A program made the position numbers and the translations under genes. Of a stretch of DNA of 64,000 nt, positions 50,218-63,673 are shown piece after piece. This DNA comes from Marsupella aquatica (Eukaryota; Plantae; Marchantiophyta): assembly GCA_973895155.1 (NCBI GenBank), contig OZ316895.1, positions 19,668,803 to 19,732,802 of the forward strand, read 5' to 3'. Every line of letters starts with the position of its first letter. Position 1 is the first letter of the stretch. Under the pieces are notes generated by a model. That model was not told where the DNA came from and did not search any database. It saw only the letters and a list, made by a program, of their open reading frames with translations.

Positions 50218-53149
50218 CTATGATGAGAAATTCCTAGCATTGTTGCGACGATTCTCTTGCAAAAGTTCATTCCTTTCGTCCTGTTTGTCCATCCATGTCA
50301 ATGGATCACGATTGTGCGATTGAACATTGTGCAACGTTTCTTGAAATAAGGTCGTTCTTTGGAATCCACCGAGGTCAATAGGCCTGTTTGATGTATATGG
50401 ATTCATCACAGTTGGCCCTGCATACGCATGCAAGGTATGTTGGGGCTGCATGTTGTTGGCACTGTGCATGTGGGTCATCCAAAGATCGACCATGTAGATC
50501 ACTGTCTTTGTGAAAAAGGTTGACCTCCTTCCCTCCATGGGATGCTCTGGTGTGCCTGTGCGTTGTTGAAGAAATTATGGTCTGTTTATGTCCACATCAT
50601 TGTGGACGTTCATTGATGGATAAGACCAAGGTGAGTTTGGTTGGGGAGGCATCGCAAAGTTTGTATCCAATGATGCATCTTTGTCATCTTGGATTTGAGA
50701 CTCATGAATTGTAGGATATATGTTCAAATCCATTTCATTCTCTCATTCACCAGCATCACTTATGTCTGTATCTAGTGAAATACGAGTCAAGAACTCACTA
50801 TCTTTGTCTACTGCAAATCCATGTAACAATTCATCAGTATCATCAATTGTATCATAATCTTTGACATCATCTTCACCAAGAGCCACACGTGTTGCATCAT
50901 ATTTGTCATTGCTGCATGACTCTATGGAAGTAGGCCTACTTCCATCATTTGTTGTTCTTCTTTGATCATAACGTTCATATATAAACGTATGCGGGTTTTG
51001 AACATTTGTGAGCCCTTTCTCTATCCTCATGTTTGTAAATACAAACACCAAATCTTTTGCTGGATCAATTGGTCAATCGATTGCAACTTTTGAAATGTAT
51101 AAATCCATACAAACTCCAGTTTTGTTCGCAAGCTGATGCATATACTTTTTGGTTCAAGATTCTCCTAGTGAGGATTCTGAGATCTTTATAATCAGCACCG
51201 TACACATGCCACCACTCTGTTGGACTGATATTACCTATACTTGATTGGGTTCCTCCTATTGCTACTGATGTCTTGGGCCTTTTTTTTGTGCATCAATGAC
51301 TTGATTGTAGATGGCAGAATTAAGTTCTCTCATATCGCGATCATGGTTGATCCCCTCCTTTACTAGTTATTCTGCATATCAGGCAATGTATATAGTGAAA
51401 CCTCTATACAGTTCAGGATCTCTTGAGACATCTACGTCCTCATCAAAAAATATTTGAGGATTGATATATGCCACGGCTAGCATAAAATCAGTAGTAAGAG
51501 ATTTTCTTCAATCCATGTACGCTTTTAGTATCCTTGGTTTCAAGAACTCTGTTACCAATGGACATTCTTTCATGCTTGCCTTCAGAAGGTCAATTCCTCT
51601 TTTCAAACTCCAATACAACCAACCTGATTGCGGCAAATCACCATCAAATTCATGCAACATCCTCACCAATGGAGTAAAAAATTTCACTGTAGCCTTCACT
51701 TCAACCCAAAATGTTTTTTTGTTGTATCCATACTTTAAGTTCGTCTGCCTTTCCCCTCGTCATGTGTCGAGTTGATTTTGGTCGCACTGGAAGTCTATCA
51801 CGATAAGACTCTCATTTATCCTCAATGACCGTTTGTTGCAGAGCTCCTCTTAGCTCCAATGCTCTTTGCACCATTAGAAAATTTGTCGCAAATCTTGTTG
51901 CATTTGGATTCAACAATTTTTTGTTCGAAGATTTTCTCTCGAATATTGCAGAAAGCTTTTGCGATGACGAAATGGCTTTTACTATCCACCTCAAGCGTTT
52001 AAAAATCTTTTGGAAAGGATTCTGTCCACTCTCATCTAGCACTACACGCTTATGACCACACATGTCTTCTAGAAACAAATTAAACACGTGGGTCCCAGCA
52101 CACCAGCTCCAAGTCACATATGGATATTTTTTCATCACTATCTCACAGCTTGCTACGTGATTTGCGGGAGCTCCATCAGTTACAATTTGAATAATGTGAT
52201 CTGCACCAATATCCTTGATGTATTTCAACCACATCTTGCCAAGATATTTTCCATCTTTCTTGTCCGCTTGCGCAGCATTCCAACTATCCAAGAAGAAATC
52301 ACCTTGAGAAGTCAACAACATGACATTCATCAAAGGTTCTCTTTTGACGTTTCCCAATCCATCTGAAGAACTTAGAGAATATCCATAATATTTTGCCTCC
52401 TTCAAGGATTTTGTCATGTCCTTCGTGAGATCGCCCTTACTGTCTTCCAATAATTTCAGTCATAAATTTTGCATAGTAGGAAGAGAATAACCATTCACAA
52501 ATTTTCCTTTTGAAGTCTCCATGACTGCTTCTTGAAAAAAAGGATTATTTGAAACATTGAACGGAATACCACTTGTGTAAAAAGCTTTCGCCCAAAGTTT
52601 ATCCAAATGTGTTCTATTTGGAATTTGATAGGAATCCATAATTGGGTTTGGAAGATTTGTTGGCCTATCTCCTTCTCTCGCATTTGTACCATGCTCCATT
52701 TCAACATAGTTTGACCCTCGTGTGGATGCATGCGAATATGAAGTGCCAACGCTTGACCTGCGGCCTCTCATATCCCGCAAGATATGAGCTCCATCCCTTT
52801 GTTTGTACTTTAAGGTCGGTGGAACCTTTATCACATTGTACATTATGTTGATGGCATCCAAGTCAACGACACCATACAATCGTAGGCAAGGGGGCACATC
52901 CCCTTTTTGAATGTTTCCCATCAAATGCGTCTTTGCTTGTGTTGCATGATGAGTAACATATGTTAAACAATACTTGCATCTTCGATAGATACGATTGACA
53001 TCATGACATGTTGAAGGCGCATCACATCGTTTGAAATATCTCCACACAGGAGACTATTTTGAAGGGTGTTCTTGCACACGACTTGGACCAGGCCCAAGAG
53101 TAGTGGAATGATATCTAGTTTGACTTGAATCCTCTTCGTTAGAAGACAT
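50218..53149 (-). pseudogene. hAT transposase pseudogene (BED zinc finger, DUF659, C-terminal dimerization domain)
   Basis: VWRYF..CKYC..THL (BED); AFYTSGIPFN, SSDG, PLMNVM, QIVTDGAPAN, WSWCAGTHVFNLFLED and TRFATNF (DUF659 core); WWHVYG..ASACEQNWS..RL..LVFVFTNMR (dimerization). Multiple frameshifts and stops. ATG at 53149 is preceded by a polypyrimidine-TAG acceptor. Confidence 0.93.
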
Positions 53150-54524
53150 TGTTCAAACTCTAAATGCTATAGAAAAAGAAAACAATTGCTTTTTAGATTT
53201 TGTGGTTGTAACAAATATAGTAGAATGGGTTACTTTGCTGAATTATCGCAGACTGAGCCTAAGCTCTAAGCATGCGCAGGAAAATTTTCCAAGCTCTTAT
53301 ATTTATCGACATCCCTACTTCAACCTATGTTATGTAATATCTATAAATTCACAACCGTTTATCTATCAAGTGAACATATGTACGAGGAATCATGAAATCC
53401 ATATGAAATATCATAGACCGAGCCAAAGCTCTAAGCATGTGCACATGCGTATCTCCTTACTCGCAAGTAGTTCACTTTGAAAAAAACAATGATGTGAAAT
53501 TGTTAAGGCGACATAGGGAAGTTCAAGTACAAATTATGGCAGGCCGAACCAAGCTCTAAGTATGCGCGTACAAGAGTTCCAATATATCCCTCCATTTTTT
53601 CTCCCTAATGCTAAATCACAAAGAGAAACAAAACATGAGACTTTGGATAATTAGTGAAATGGATTAGTGGAGGCTCTATTTATACTATCTTCCTACCCTC
53701 CCTCGAGTTCCTAAAGCCCTAATTTGTCGACCTAATGTTGCTTAATATACCCTAATCCCACCCCTAACCCAAATTCCCGCCGCCCTTTCCCCAACCACCT
53801 TCCCGAGCCCCGAACTCCGCCCATCTTCCCTGGGCCCGTCCGCCGACCCCCGAACCCTGCCCCCCTTCCCCCGACCACCTTCCCAAACCCCGAACCCCGC
53901 CCACCTTCCCCGGCCACTGACCCCCAAACCCCGCCCCCCTTCCCTCGGCCCCCGACCACCTTCCCGAGCCTTCCCCCGACCGCCGGACCCTTCTCGAACT
54001 CCCCCAGACCCCGGCTCGGGGTCCCAACTTGACGGTCTGGGGTCGGGGGCTTGCCGGCTCTGGGGGGCTCGGGGAAGGATGGCGGGGTTTGGGGGTCGAC
54101 GGCTGGGGGAAGGGGGGCGGGGTTCGGGGTCGGCGCCGGGGAGAAGGGGGACGCGGTTCGGGGCCGGGGGTCGTGGGGCGGCGGCCGGGGGAAGGTTACG
54201 GTGCTCGGGAAGGTGGCCGAGGGAAGGGGGGTTTGGGGGTCGGCGGCTGGGGGAAGGGGGGCGGGGTTTGGGGATCGGCAGCCGGGGGAAGTGGGGCAGC
54301 ATGTTTGGGTCCGAGGGAGTCCGAGAAGGGTCCGGCTGAATTTGGGAGAAGTCCACACAGGGTCCGGGGGAGCCCGAGTGAGTTCAGGAGAATAATGTGG
54401 AATATCCATCAAATTGGGCCTTTTTGGGCCGTCATTGTCGGTTTGATGTGCTCGACAAGCCCTCAAGTTGCCCATCAGGTTAAACCGGGCTTGGAGAAAC
54501 CTGCTCACACCAAACATAATTAGT

Positions 54525-55355
54525 TCGTGGACCCCTTGGCTAATAGAATGAGGGGGAAGAGTCGATCTGAGCCGTCTCCATTTCTTATCTCCGGAAATCT
54601 CGTCCGTTCATCATAATGGCCAATCTATGGCTCAAAAGAAAGATCTCAAATAGATCTATGGATGGGTTCTGTCCGTTTTGCAAATGGGTTCATATTTTTC
54701 AAATGAAAAATTAAACAAATCCAAGCCTTCCTAGCCATCGATTTTGTTGATTTTACGATCTTTGCCGTCCATTTTGTAATGCCTCTAGAAATTTTATTCA
54801 TCCATGTTAGAAGGCGATCTAGGGTGCAAAAAAAAGATCTCAATGAGATCTACGACTGGGTATTTTTTGTTTTGAGAATGAGTAAATATTTTCAGTATAA
54901 AATTCGATGAACTTTCAAGATTCCAGCCATTCCTCCTCCCCGATCTTGGGCTTCTATGTGCTCTTCCCAGCACTAATGGCCGTACAATACGAGAGGTCCT
55001 TACATACCGGGAGTTGCAGTTTAACAAGGAAGTTATCAAGTTAGTTATTAGTCATTATTTATTATATGAAAAATACTTTTTATAAATCTTTAAATTTAAG
55101 TTTTAAAATTGGAAATGTAACTAAAACGGTTACATAGTGACAATTTTAACCGTCTTGCTCTTTGCATTTTCAATATTGTTACTTTTCTTTTTACGGCATG
55201 GCGTCCCAAAATTTACACCCAAATTGACACAAACACGAATGAAAAGTATAAGTTTGATTCACAAAACCGACGAGTCTTGTTTGTTGCGGTTGTTGTTGAC
55301 GTGACACGTTGTGGTGCCAGGAATTTTGGAAGGGACCTCTAGTGGGGTCCGTAAT
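54525..55355. mobile_element. Non-autonomous DNA element with GGACCCC-type ends
   Basis: Ends GTGGACCCC... and ...GGGGTCCGTAAT. Its right part is homologous, inverted, to 58752-59100. Confidence 0.55.
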
Positions 55356-56097
55356 TATTTTATTCTTATTCCTTTCTCTTTTTCCAATTTCCAATTCCCT
55401 TTCCTTTCACTCAAACAGCCTCTCCAAATTTGAAATGAACACCACTTCAAAAAGTGGCGCAACTCTTTATTATAGGAGTGAATGACATGCATGATGACTT
55501 TTGAATAGAATGTGAAGTGCATATACTTTCTTGACATTTTTATTGTCCTATTCACGTTGTCGGGGCTGGTATTAAAAAACCAAACACCTAATGGCAAAGT
55601 AACCGAATAAAACGCGGGGCGAAGGAAGTGGGAAAGGCTCCAAGAAGACCAAAGAGGTCCAAGGAGCGAAGTTTTGACTTTGAGACCCACCAGTGTATGA
55701 GGGTTTCAAAAGGTAGTCCAATCTCGGATTACAGCAGTCTCACATCTCAAATGCTTCTGATCGACCGGCCCCGTTTCCCTCCTCTCTTCCCCTACGTTTC
55801 TTCATGATTGTGACTGGTTGCCTACTCTTGGGGATTTCAGAAACAGACATATAGAACTTGCTTCTGTAGATTTGCGGCTATCATCAATTCTGCTTGACGC
55901 AGACTCGTGTACGTAGAAAGATGTCGAGGGAGTGATGCGGGGAAGGGATCCGTGTTGCTGATCTACTGTACATTCGCGAGGCGGGTGAGAACTGATCAAC
56001 AAGCAGCAGATTGAAGCAGCTGCAGTTAGACTCGTACAACTACAATAGCCTTCTTCGATGAGCTGCAAGACGTGAACGTACGGTGCTATAAGCTGCC

Positions 56098-58376
56098 ATG
56101 GACCCGAGCAGCACTCGTGTGGCTGTCGTAGGGGGCGGCCCAAGTGGATTGTCGGCAGCTGTTGGCCTTGTGAAGTTGGGCTACAAGCACGTTACAGTCC
56201 TTGAACAATATGAGACAGTTGGTGGCATGTGTGCCTCCGCTCTCGTCGACGGTATGATTGTGCGTGCATGATCGAGACATAATGTAAATGTTGCTTTCGT
56301 TTCCTGATCGATCGATGTGATGCATGCTGGAAAATCGAAATGTCTAGCTTGGTAAGTCTGCGACTGCTTCTTGTAAATTTCTTTCGAGATCCCCAATGAC
56401 CGGAACACGATTCATGAATTTCTCGAGTCTCTCCATCGTGTCCTGGAGGTGTGCAAAGAGACTTTCTGAAGAAGCGAGCCTCTCTTGATAAATGTTGATC
56501 ATGTGGAGTGATGCCTGTGCATGGCAGATCGGGTCTATGATCTTGGAGGACAGATGCTGGCCAGGGAGAGCTGTCCCACGATCATGTCTCTTGTACGAGA
56601 ACTCGACCTCCAAGTCGAGATGGAAGACATGAGCCAGCATCGTCTTGCAAAAATCGATGTGAACAATGGACGATATGAAGATTTTAACATGGCCACGGAC
56701 TACGTTGCTCTCATGGCTATCACGTCTGAGCTAGAGGTTAGTATGCTGACACAAAAATCAAAAAGATTATGACCAAAGTCACAATAAATTACTCACAAGG
56801 ACCAGTGGCTATCTATCTCCACTTCACTATATTGTAGTTTAACACATCGGACTTTTTTATCACTGACCTATAGAGCAAGTGAATTTTGGCCCACGTCAAT
56901 GCCCTTCAGGTTATTGAGAAAACGATATTGTTCTTTAGCTTCATAGAATAAATGTGAAGCTCTCGTACAAATTTAATTACTGTTGATGGCGACTAGCTCA
57001 TATATCAGAGGACACGATGCAACGAGACATGTCACTGTAGAACTACATACCCAAGAGCTGTACATGGCCTTGTATCAGCTTGGTGATCGAACAGCATGAC
57101 CTCAAGGGAGTTATTCTCTGTACAATTTCATCGATGAATGTTCATTGAGGAGCTTGATTTCTGTATAATTGAGACCATGGAGCGACTAAGGGATCGATCT
57201 TCTTCCAGATCTTGCTGACACTTTCCTGCATGCGCATTGTGTAATTCTTGGGGACCAGGCGAAGGCTGCGAGGACGGGAAAGTTGGGGATTCATGCATGC
57301 TCTCAGCGCTTGGCCCACGAGCCGGCACATGTGTTTTTGAGGAACAAGGGCACCGAGCTCCCCGAAGCGTTAGCAAGCGCATACACTGCTGGTGGCTACG
57401 GCTATGTAGAGGACATCCCATATGCCTACGTACACGAGTTCCTGAGCTCATCGATGCTCGGAAAACTTTGGAGAGTGAAGGGTGGTTATGCCGATCTCTG
57501 GAATAAGGTTGCACAGACTCTTCCTGACGTGCGTTGTAATGTGAAGGTGCAAAGTATCGACAGGAGTAGCGGCGATGTGGTGAGAATTGCCGTTACGCAG
57601 CTGGATTCGCAAGACAAGGTTCGAGAGTTTGACAAGGTCATCCTCTCGGGCTCCCTCCCAATACCGAAAAGCAATCGGACCTACCGATCTGCTTTCTTCC
57701 CCGATGGTGTGTCATTGACGTCGATAATCTCAATCCCTGAATGCCCGTTCCAAGATGCGGTAATTAAGTTCTTGTATGCGTGACTGTGTTGATAAGTTTC
57801 GCGTTGAGCGACTCAAACGCCATAAGCATGTCGTTAAGCTATATCGTTCCATTGTCGATTTCAACTACATTATATCTTCTAGTTTATCGAGTTGTGACGA
57901 ATATGTAACAACGAAACTTGTAATCTGACTCGAGACGTCCGTAATTAAATATTCGTGATGGTTTCTCCAACTCATAAAACTTATAGAATACTTTTGTTTC
58001 ACAGAGGAACGGGACGTGTCCTTGCGACATACAGCAGGGGTGTTAGACTACACCGATGAAGAGCACAAAGTCTTCAGCAAGGTGCAGACGATCGAGTACT
58101 ACACCACTGCGGTCACCATCTCTGGCCTGGACCTTCCCGTGGGATTCTACTTCCCCGAGAATGCCAGAGACCCGTCCACTATGGGTCACATTGTTGCATT
58201 CCAGCACTTCTTTGCAGATACAGATGTGTACTTGACTTGGTCCTACGGCAACGCTCAATGCGACCAGCAACGTGTGACAGATTTGCTGCACGACGATATT
58301 CAGCGAATGGGTGGCAGAGTCGAATCATTCATCCTGCAGCGCAAATGGACCTACTGCCCCCATGTAACTAGCGAAG
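56098..58376 (+). CDS. FAD-dependent oxidoreductase (amine-oxidase/PUFA-isomerase-like), first 4 exons; resembles the N-terminal domain of plant oxidoreductase-FAAL-ACP NRPS-like proteins; 3' part not found in window
   Basis: Exons 56098-56251, 56528-56736, 57259-57706 and 58005-58376 have GT-AG junctions and consistent phase. Motifs: RVAVVGGGPSGLSAA (Rossmann), VLEQYETVGGMC, YDLGGQ, YTAGGYGYVEDIPYAYVHEF, GGYADLW, LPVGFYF, WSYGN, QRKWTYCPHV. Confidence 0.85.
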
Positions 58377-58751
58377 GTTAGTGCGTTCGAAGCTAATCCA
58401 TCCCATGATTTGAATGTGGACGTAAGTTCAATTCAGGTCTGAAATTTTATTCCCTGGTACAAATTCGATTGAGGTGACCCTTGCGTTCGAAGGACGTCAT
58501 GATCTCAACTGACTTGCCCTGATTGATTACTGTGCGGCACTCTATGGTCATTTGATCGTTCAGGAACTTTTCTTCGTTGTTGTGGACTTTGTCTCGGTAT
58601 ACTGTTGTACAGTGTGTTTTGTTCGTCATGGCTTTTCCTCCGCTTTGTTTGAATTTTGATGGTGCTTTTCAGAAAATTGATTCTTCTCGGTGACCTTTAT
58701 GCATCTTTAATAAGTCAAATAATGAGCTTGGTCCAATCATGATCTACATTT

Positions 58752-59100
58752 ATTACGGACCCCACTAGAGGTTCCTTCCAAAATTCCTGGCACCACAGCG
58801 TGCCACGTCAGCAATAACCGCAACAAACAAGAATGGTCATGTTTGTGCAACGAATAAACTCCTCTCCATCTTGTTTACGTCGCTTTTCGTGTAATTTTAT
58901 GGACGCCATGCCGTCAAAACATAATGTAAAAGTAATTAAAAGTAATTCATCCAAATCTATTGCTACAAAGGGCGAGATTAAAAACATTCACCCATATTCT
59001 CTTTACTTAAATTTATAAATGTTTTTTTTGTAAAAGTAAATAGTGATCAACTTAAACAGTAACCGTATTCCTGTGTAACTGCCGAAATAAAACCGTCAGA
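58752..59100. mobile_element. Second, inverted copy of the 54525-55355 element end
   Basis: ATTACGGACCCCACTAGAGGTTCCTTCCAAAATTCCTGGCACCAC...GGACGCCATGCCGT is the near reverse complement of 55190-55355. Confidence 0.75.
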
Positions 59101-61808
59101 ACAAAAGAAGCACATCAACATTTCGAAAGGGAGGAAGACTTTTGATGAAAGTAATGAAAAAAGAGGAAAGCTCGAAAGGAGTTTTGCCTCTTGAAGTGCA
59201 AAGTAAAGAGGAATGCTGAAGAAACAATATCAAAAAAGATCAGAAGCCGAATGAAGAAAGCAAAAATGAGAACTGATCGAGGATAGAAAAGAGGCGCAAC
59301 ACATCTTAATCAGAAACAAATAGATCGAGCAGAAAGAAGGAGAAGCAAAGAGAATCGATAAGGACATCGATAAGAGAATCGATAAGGACATCGATAAAGA
59401 CATTGACTAGCAACGAATGCAGGTCAAAACTCTAATCTATACACGACAGGAGAGGACAGTAGCCATGCACGACAGGGGAGGTAATTGCTTACGCAGGGCA
59501 TGGCCTGGTGACGCATTTTAGCAACAGATTCACCTTTGTGCGATGTTTGATTCGAGAACATGTCGATTTATTGTACGCCTGCTGCTTTCGGTATTTCTTT
59601 TGTTTACCGCACTCCATTTGCTCCGAAGTCCGAGATGAAAGCATGTCAATTAAATCTTCCCCTTCTGCCTTCCTTTCAACAGTAATTAAGTAATGTTTCC
59701 ATTTACTCCTGAGTCTGAAGATGAAAACATCTCGTCAAGTATGACGGACGCGCGTGGAGATTGACCAAAAGCTTACATATGTTTCTCAACGCTTTTCCAA
59801 CTCCTTCATCTTGGTCTGCAATATACCAAATTTTGCACTTTCTGCTGTACGAGAACTTTCTGATTCCCTCGATCAGTTCTTGCGTGCGCTCTTGTAGCTT
59901 CTTTTCTAAATCGGCCACACGGACCCGGAGTTCATCCTGTTCCTGCGTAAACCTTCCTTCAATTCTTTCATCTGGAACATGATTCTCTGAATGACAATTC
60001 ACCCAAAGCCTTGTGATGAGATGAATTTGAGTGAGAACAAACAAGCCAAGTCAGACAGTACTCAAAATTAGGACTCGAGAAATTACGGAACCTTCTCGAC
60101 CTTAATTAGCTCTTCCGAAAGCTGCAGGAGAGAAACAAAATCGGGAAAATGCAATCGCCAATGTCAACTATATATTAAATATTGACCTTTGATTGATTGT
60201 GTTCACAAAACGTGTGAGTGCAGTTCCAGTTAATTACTTTTACACAGCATGTTACTAACCGCGGTTTGTAGTGGAGGTCCCTAGTCTCACCAGTTCTTGC
60301 TGATTGAGTTTGATGTTTCCATACACTAAACCCAATGTCTGATTGTGAGCATAGAAATTTACTGTCGGCATTGAAGAGGAGTAAAGGTCGGTTTACAATT
60401 CTGCACATTGAAAAACCTCGTTTCATCTCCCCTGCCGTGTGCTGAATTGCGCAAAGCAGTAGGGAAGTTTAGTTTTGTGTTCCAAATTCCAATCAGGACT
60501 TCACTGTTTAATTTCCTTGTTTAATAAAATGATCAGCTTTGCCTTTGTTTTGTAACTTTTTCAATCTGCTTTCGACTCAAGTTTGTGGATATTAGATTAA
60601 TTTTGAGCAGCAGGCAACACTTTGATTGGAAGCCAATCCATGTCGACCAAAATTGGTGTTGAATTGAAACTGGTTGGAATCATGTCACAAAGCATTAATA
60701 AATAAGATATCAATGTCGCGTGAGAATTTAGAGTCACTTATAATCTGCATCATTCTGCTCTAGAGACTCCTTACAGATACACATTCGGCCCTTACCTTTG
60801 TTGGTGGCTCTTAACTTTACTGCGCCCTGAGATTTCCCACCATGTTTTTCCAGATAGATTTTTTTGTTCGAGTGGGCCATACACGATCGGGGCAGAGAAG
60901 AGCTGTAAGGCAGCGACCTGAGCAGAAGAAAAAGGCAAAAGCAGATCGATCGAACAAGGTCAACTTTCTTATGAGCACCTCCTTGTCAAACACACTGAGT
61001 AATTAATTGTCATTCTCGGGCGAGAACTGTAAATATGTGGAGTCAAGTTAGGAACGATCTTGTCCTCAGCATCCAGTCAGTGCTCAATAATAGACTCTTT
61101 GCCCTTGGGGACTGTAATATCATGTGCTTTCAGGAATTGAAGTCAGCAACATACACTTTCACAATCATTTATAGCAAAACTTGCTGACGACGTCCACTTG
61201 GCAATTGCAATGCTGTCCCTAAACTGGCACCTCAAAATTCATGTTCAGTGTCAAGTAGTTTGGCCAAGACTTACACCAAAGCGCCTATGATTAGGGCATT
61301 CACCATTTTTTTCCTTCACAAGCAAGGAAACTAACTTATACTATACATCAAATAGCTACAGTTGAAATGCCTCCATGTATTGAGATTCTATAGCCTTGAA
61401 CTTAGCGACCTCCCACAAGCCGATCTTGAAAGGAGAGCAAATGAACAATCGTCTCAATTAAGCTGGCCCAAAAAAGTCATTGTAATGCATCACAGTCGAG
61501 TTCCTGCGAGCCGAAGGTTTTTGGTAATCGAGACTGATCTTGAAAGGAGAGCAGATGATCACAACTCAACTTCAAAATAGTAAACGCATTCAGTCCTAGT
61601 ACAAGAACTCAATGGCTAAACACCCGGCGAACTAAAAAGGAGTAACACACGACAGCAGTTCTTTAATACAACTTGGGCTGCTGCCATATCACAGCATAGG
61701 ACAAATCCTTATTTCAAGGAGGCCAGAATCATTACAGACAGTAGCAATCTGCATGTAGAGAAACCCTACCCATACTTAGAGCCTATAATTAGACTGAAAT
61801 TTATAGTC

Positions 61809-63320
61809 AGATGTATTTTATAGGCTAGGCTATCTTACTAATAATTTTCAAAGCTACGTAAGGCCTATGGTCTAGAGTTAGCAACTCCCAATAAAGACAA
61901 AACTGATAATGAGTCTTTAATAATCACACAACTTAAAAAATGAAGATAAACAAAAAAAACAGTATGGGGGAGGGTGAACAAAGAACTATATGGGCAAAGA
62001 TGAACCCAAATTAAAGCATACTTAGAATTGTTTGCGTGCAAGCTCTTTCTTTCTACATATCTCTACTTTCAAGGAACCTTGGGTAAGAGGCCTAGTTAGT
62101 GTAACTTACTACAGGTGACACTTTATCTAATGGAAAATTTGTTTGATACTCACACAAGTCTTCTTGCAGAAAGGGCATGCTGTGTAAGCCGACTTACTTA
62201 ATGTTCGGGAAGTTGGACGTGAGTTTTCAAGTTACCTAGAGAAGTGAAGCTCCGGATAAGTTAAACATCACTTCTACATACAGGTTTGCTGTCTCCTGAC
62301 ATCAAGTTCTTCCTGCTTTTTGTGTGGTCCCTAACATGATTATTGAACGCTAAACTCCTTGCTATTTTCTAATATAATTTGGTTTTTTAATTTGGCATTT
62401 ACTTTGTTGCGGTCCTTTTAAGACGGTTTAGTTTGCTTCGAATCCGGACCAATTCCAAATCATAGCCATGTCTGAATTGTGTTTTGTCATTACAATTTTG
62501 AATTGCAACAAAGATCCTCACTTCGTAAACAACATGAAATTAGATTGACACCTGAAATAAACTTAAATGAGTCACAATTTTATGTGAGATGTATTTTATA
62601 GGCTAAGCTATCTTACTAATAATTTGCAAAGCTACTTAAGGCCTATGGTCTAGAGTTGGCAACTCCCAATAAAGACAAAACTGATAATGAGTCTTTAATA
62701 ATCACACAACTTAAAAAATGAAGATAAACAAAAAAAACAGTATGGGGCAGGGTGGACAAAGAACTAGATGGGCAAAGATGAACCCAAATTAAAGCATACT
62801 TAGAATTGTTTCCGTGCAAGCTTTTTCTTTCTTCATATCTCTAGTTTCAAAGAGTCTTGGATAAGAGGCCTAGTTAGTGTAACTTATAGAGGTGGACACT
62901 TTATCTAATGGAAAGTTTGTTTGGTACTCACACAAGTCTTCTTGCAGAAAGGGCATGGTGTGTCGGCCGACTTACTTAATGGTGTTCGGGAAGTTGGACG
63001 TGAGTTTTCAAGTTACCTAGAGAAGAGAAGCTCCGAATAAGTTAAACAGCACTTCTACATACAGGTTTGCTGTCTCCTGACTTCAAGTTCTTCCTGCTTT
63101 TTGTGTGGTCCCTAACATGATTCTTGAACCCTAAAATCCTTGCTATTTTCTAATATAACTTTTCGCTATTTAATTTGGCATTTACTCTGTTGCGGTCCTT
63201 TAAGACGGTTTAGTGTGCTTCAAATCCGGACCAACTCCAAATCATAGCCATGTTTGAATTGCTTTTAGTCATTACAATTTTGAATTGCAACAAAGATCCT
63301 CACTTTGTAAAGAACATGAA
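61809..63320. repeat. Direct tandem duplication of a ~780-bp unit
   Basis: AGATGTATTTTATAGGCTA...CAAAGATCCTCACTT occurs at ~61809-62540 and again at ~62588-63320 with high identity. Confidence 0.9.
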
Positions 63321-63673
63321 GAATTTTTTTTTAATATATACATATATATATATATACAAATATATCTTTATATTGACTGAGTATTAAACCTATATAATTC
63401 ATTAGATCACTAGCGTCCTCCACCAGCATAGTGTCCAAACGCAAGACTTGATCCCGGTTGGGATCATTGTCTTGGACAAATTTCTTGATTCGGCTAACAT
63501 GGTAGCTTTTGCCCACGCCCATTTACTTGTGGGTTTACGTGGGTGTCTCCAACACCACCTAAACCGTATTATCTTTGTGGGCCTATCGTGTGAATGATGC
63601 GATAGGGTTTCGCATACCTAGGAGAACTATACCTTGATTGGTAATTATTATGTTAGTATTGCTCTAACCGAAC

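Larger units (their letters stand above)
40340..54503 (-). mobile_element. Candidate large (~14 kb) cargo-carrying hAT transposon with long inverted ends
   Basis: Termini CATGATGCTTGGAGACCCGGTTTGACCT (left) and CAGGTTTCTCCAAGCCCGGTTTAACCT (right, reverse complement). GC-rich subterminal blocks at 40400-41030 and 53750-54380. Colinear inverted homology between 41095-41445 and 53235-53585. hAT transposase inside. No clean TSD. Confidence 0.6.

Noticed and set aside
53732-54523. 261-aa and 204-aa Pro/Gly-rich ORFs
   Set aside because: Same artefact: C-rich and G-rich subterminal repeats of the hAT end.
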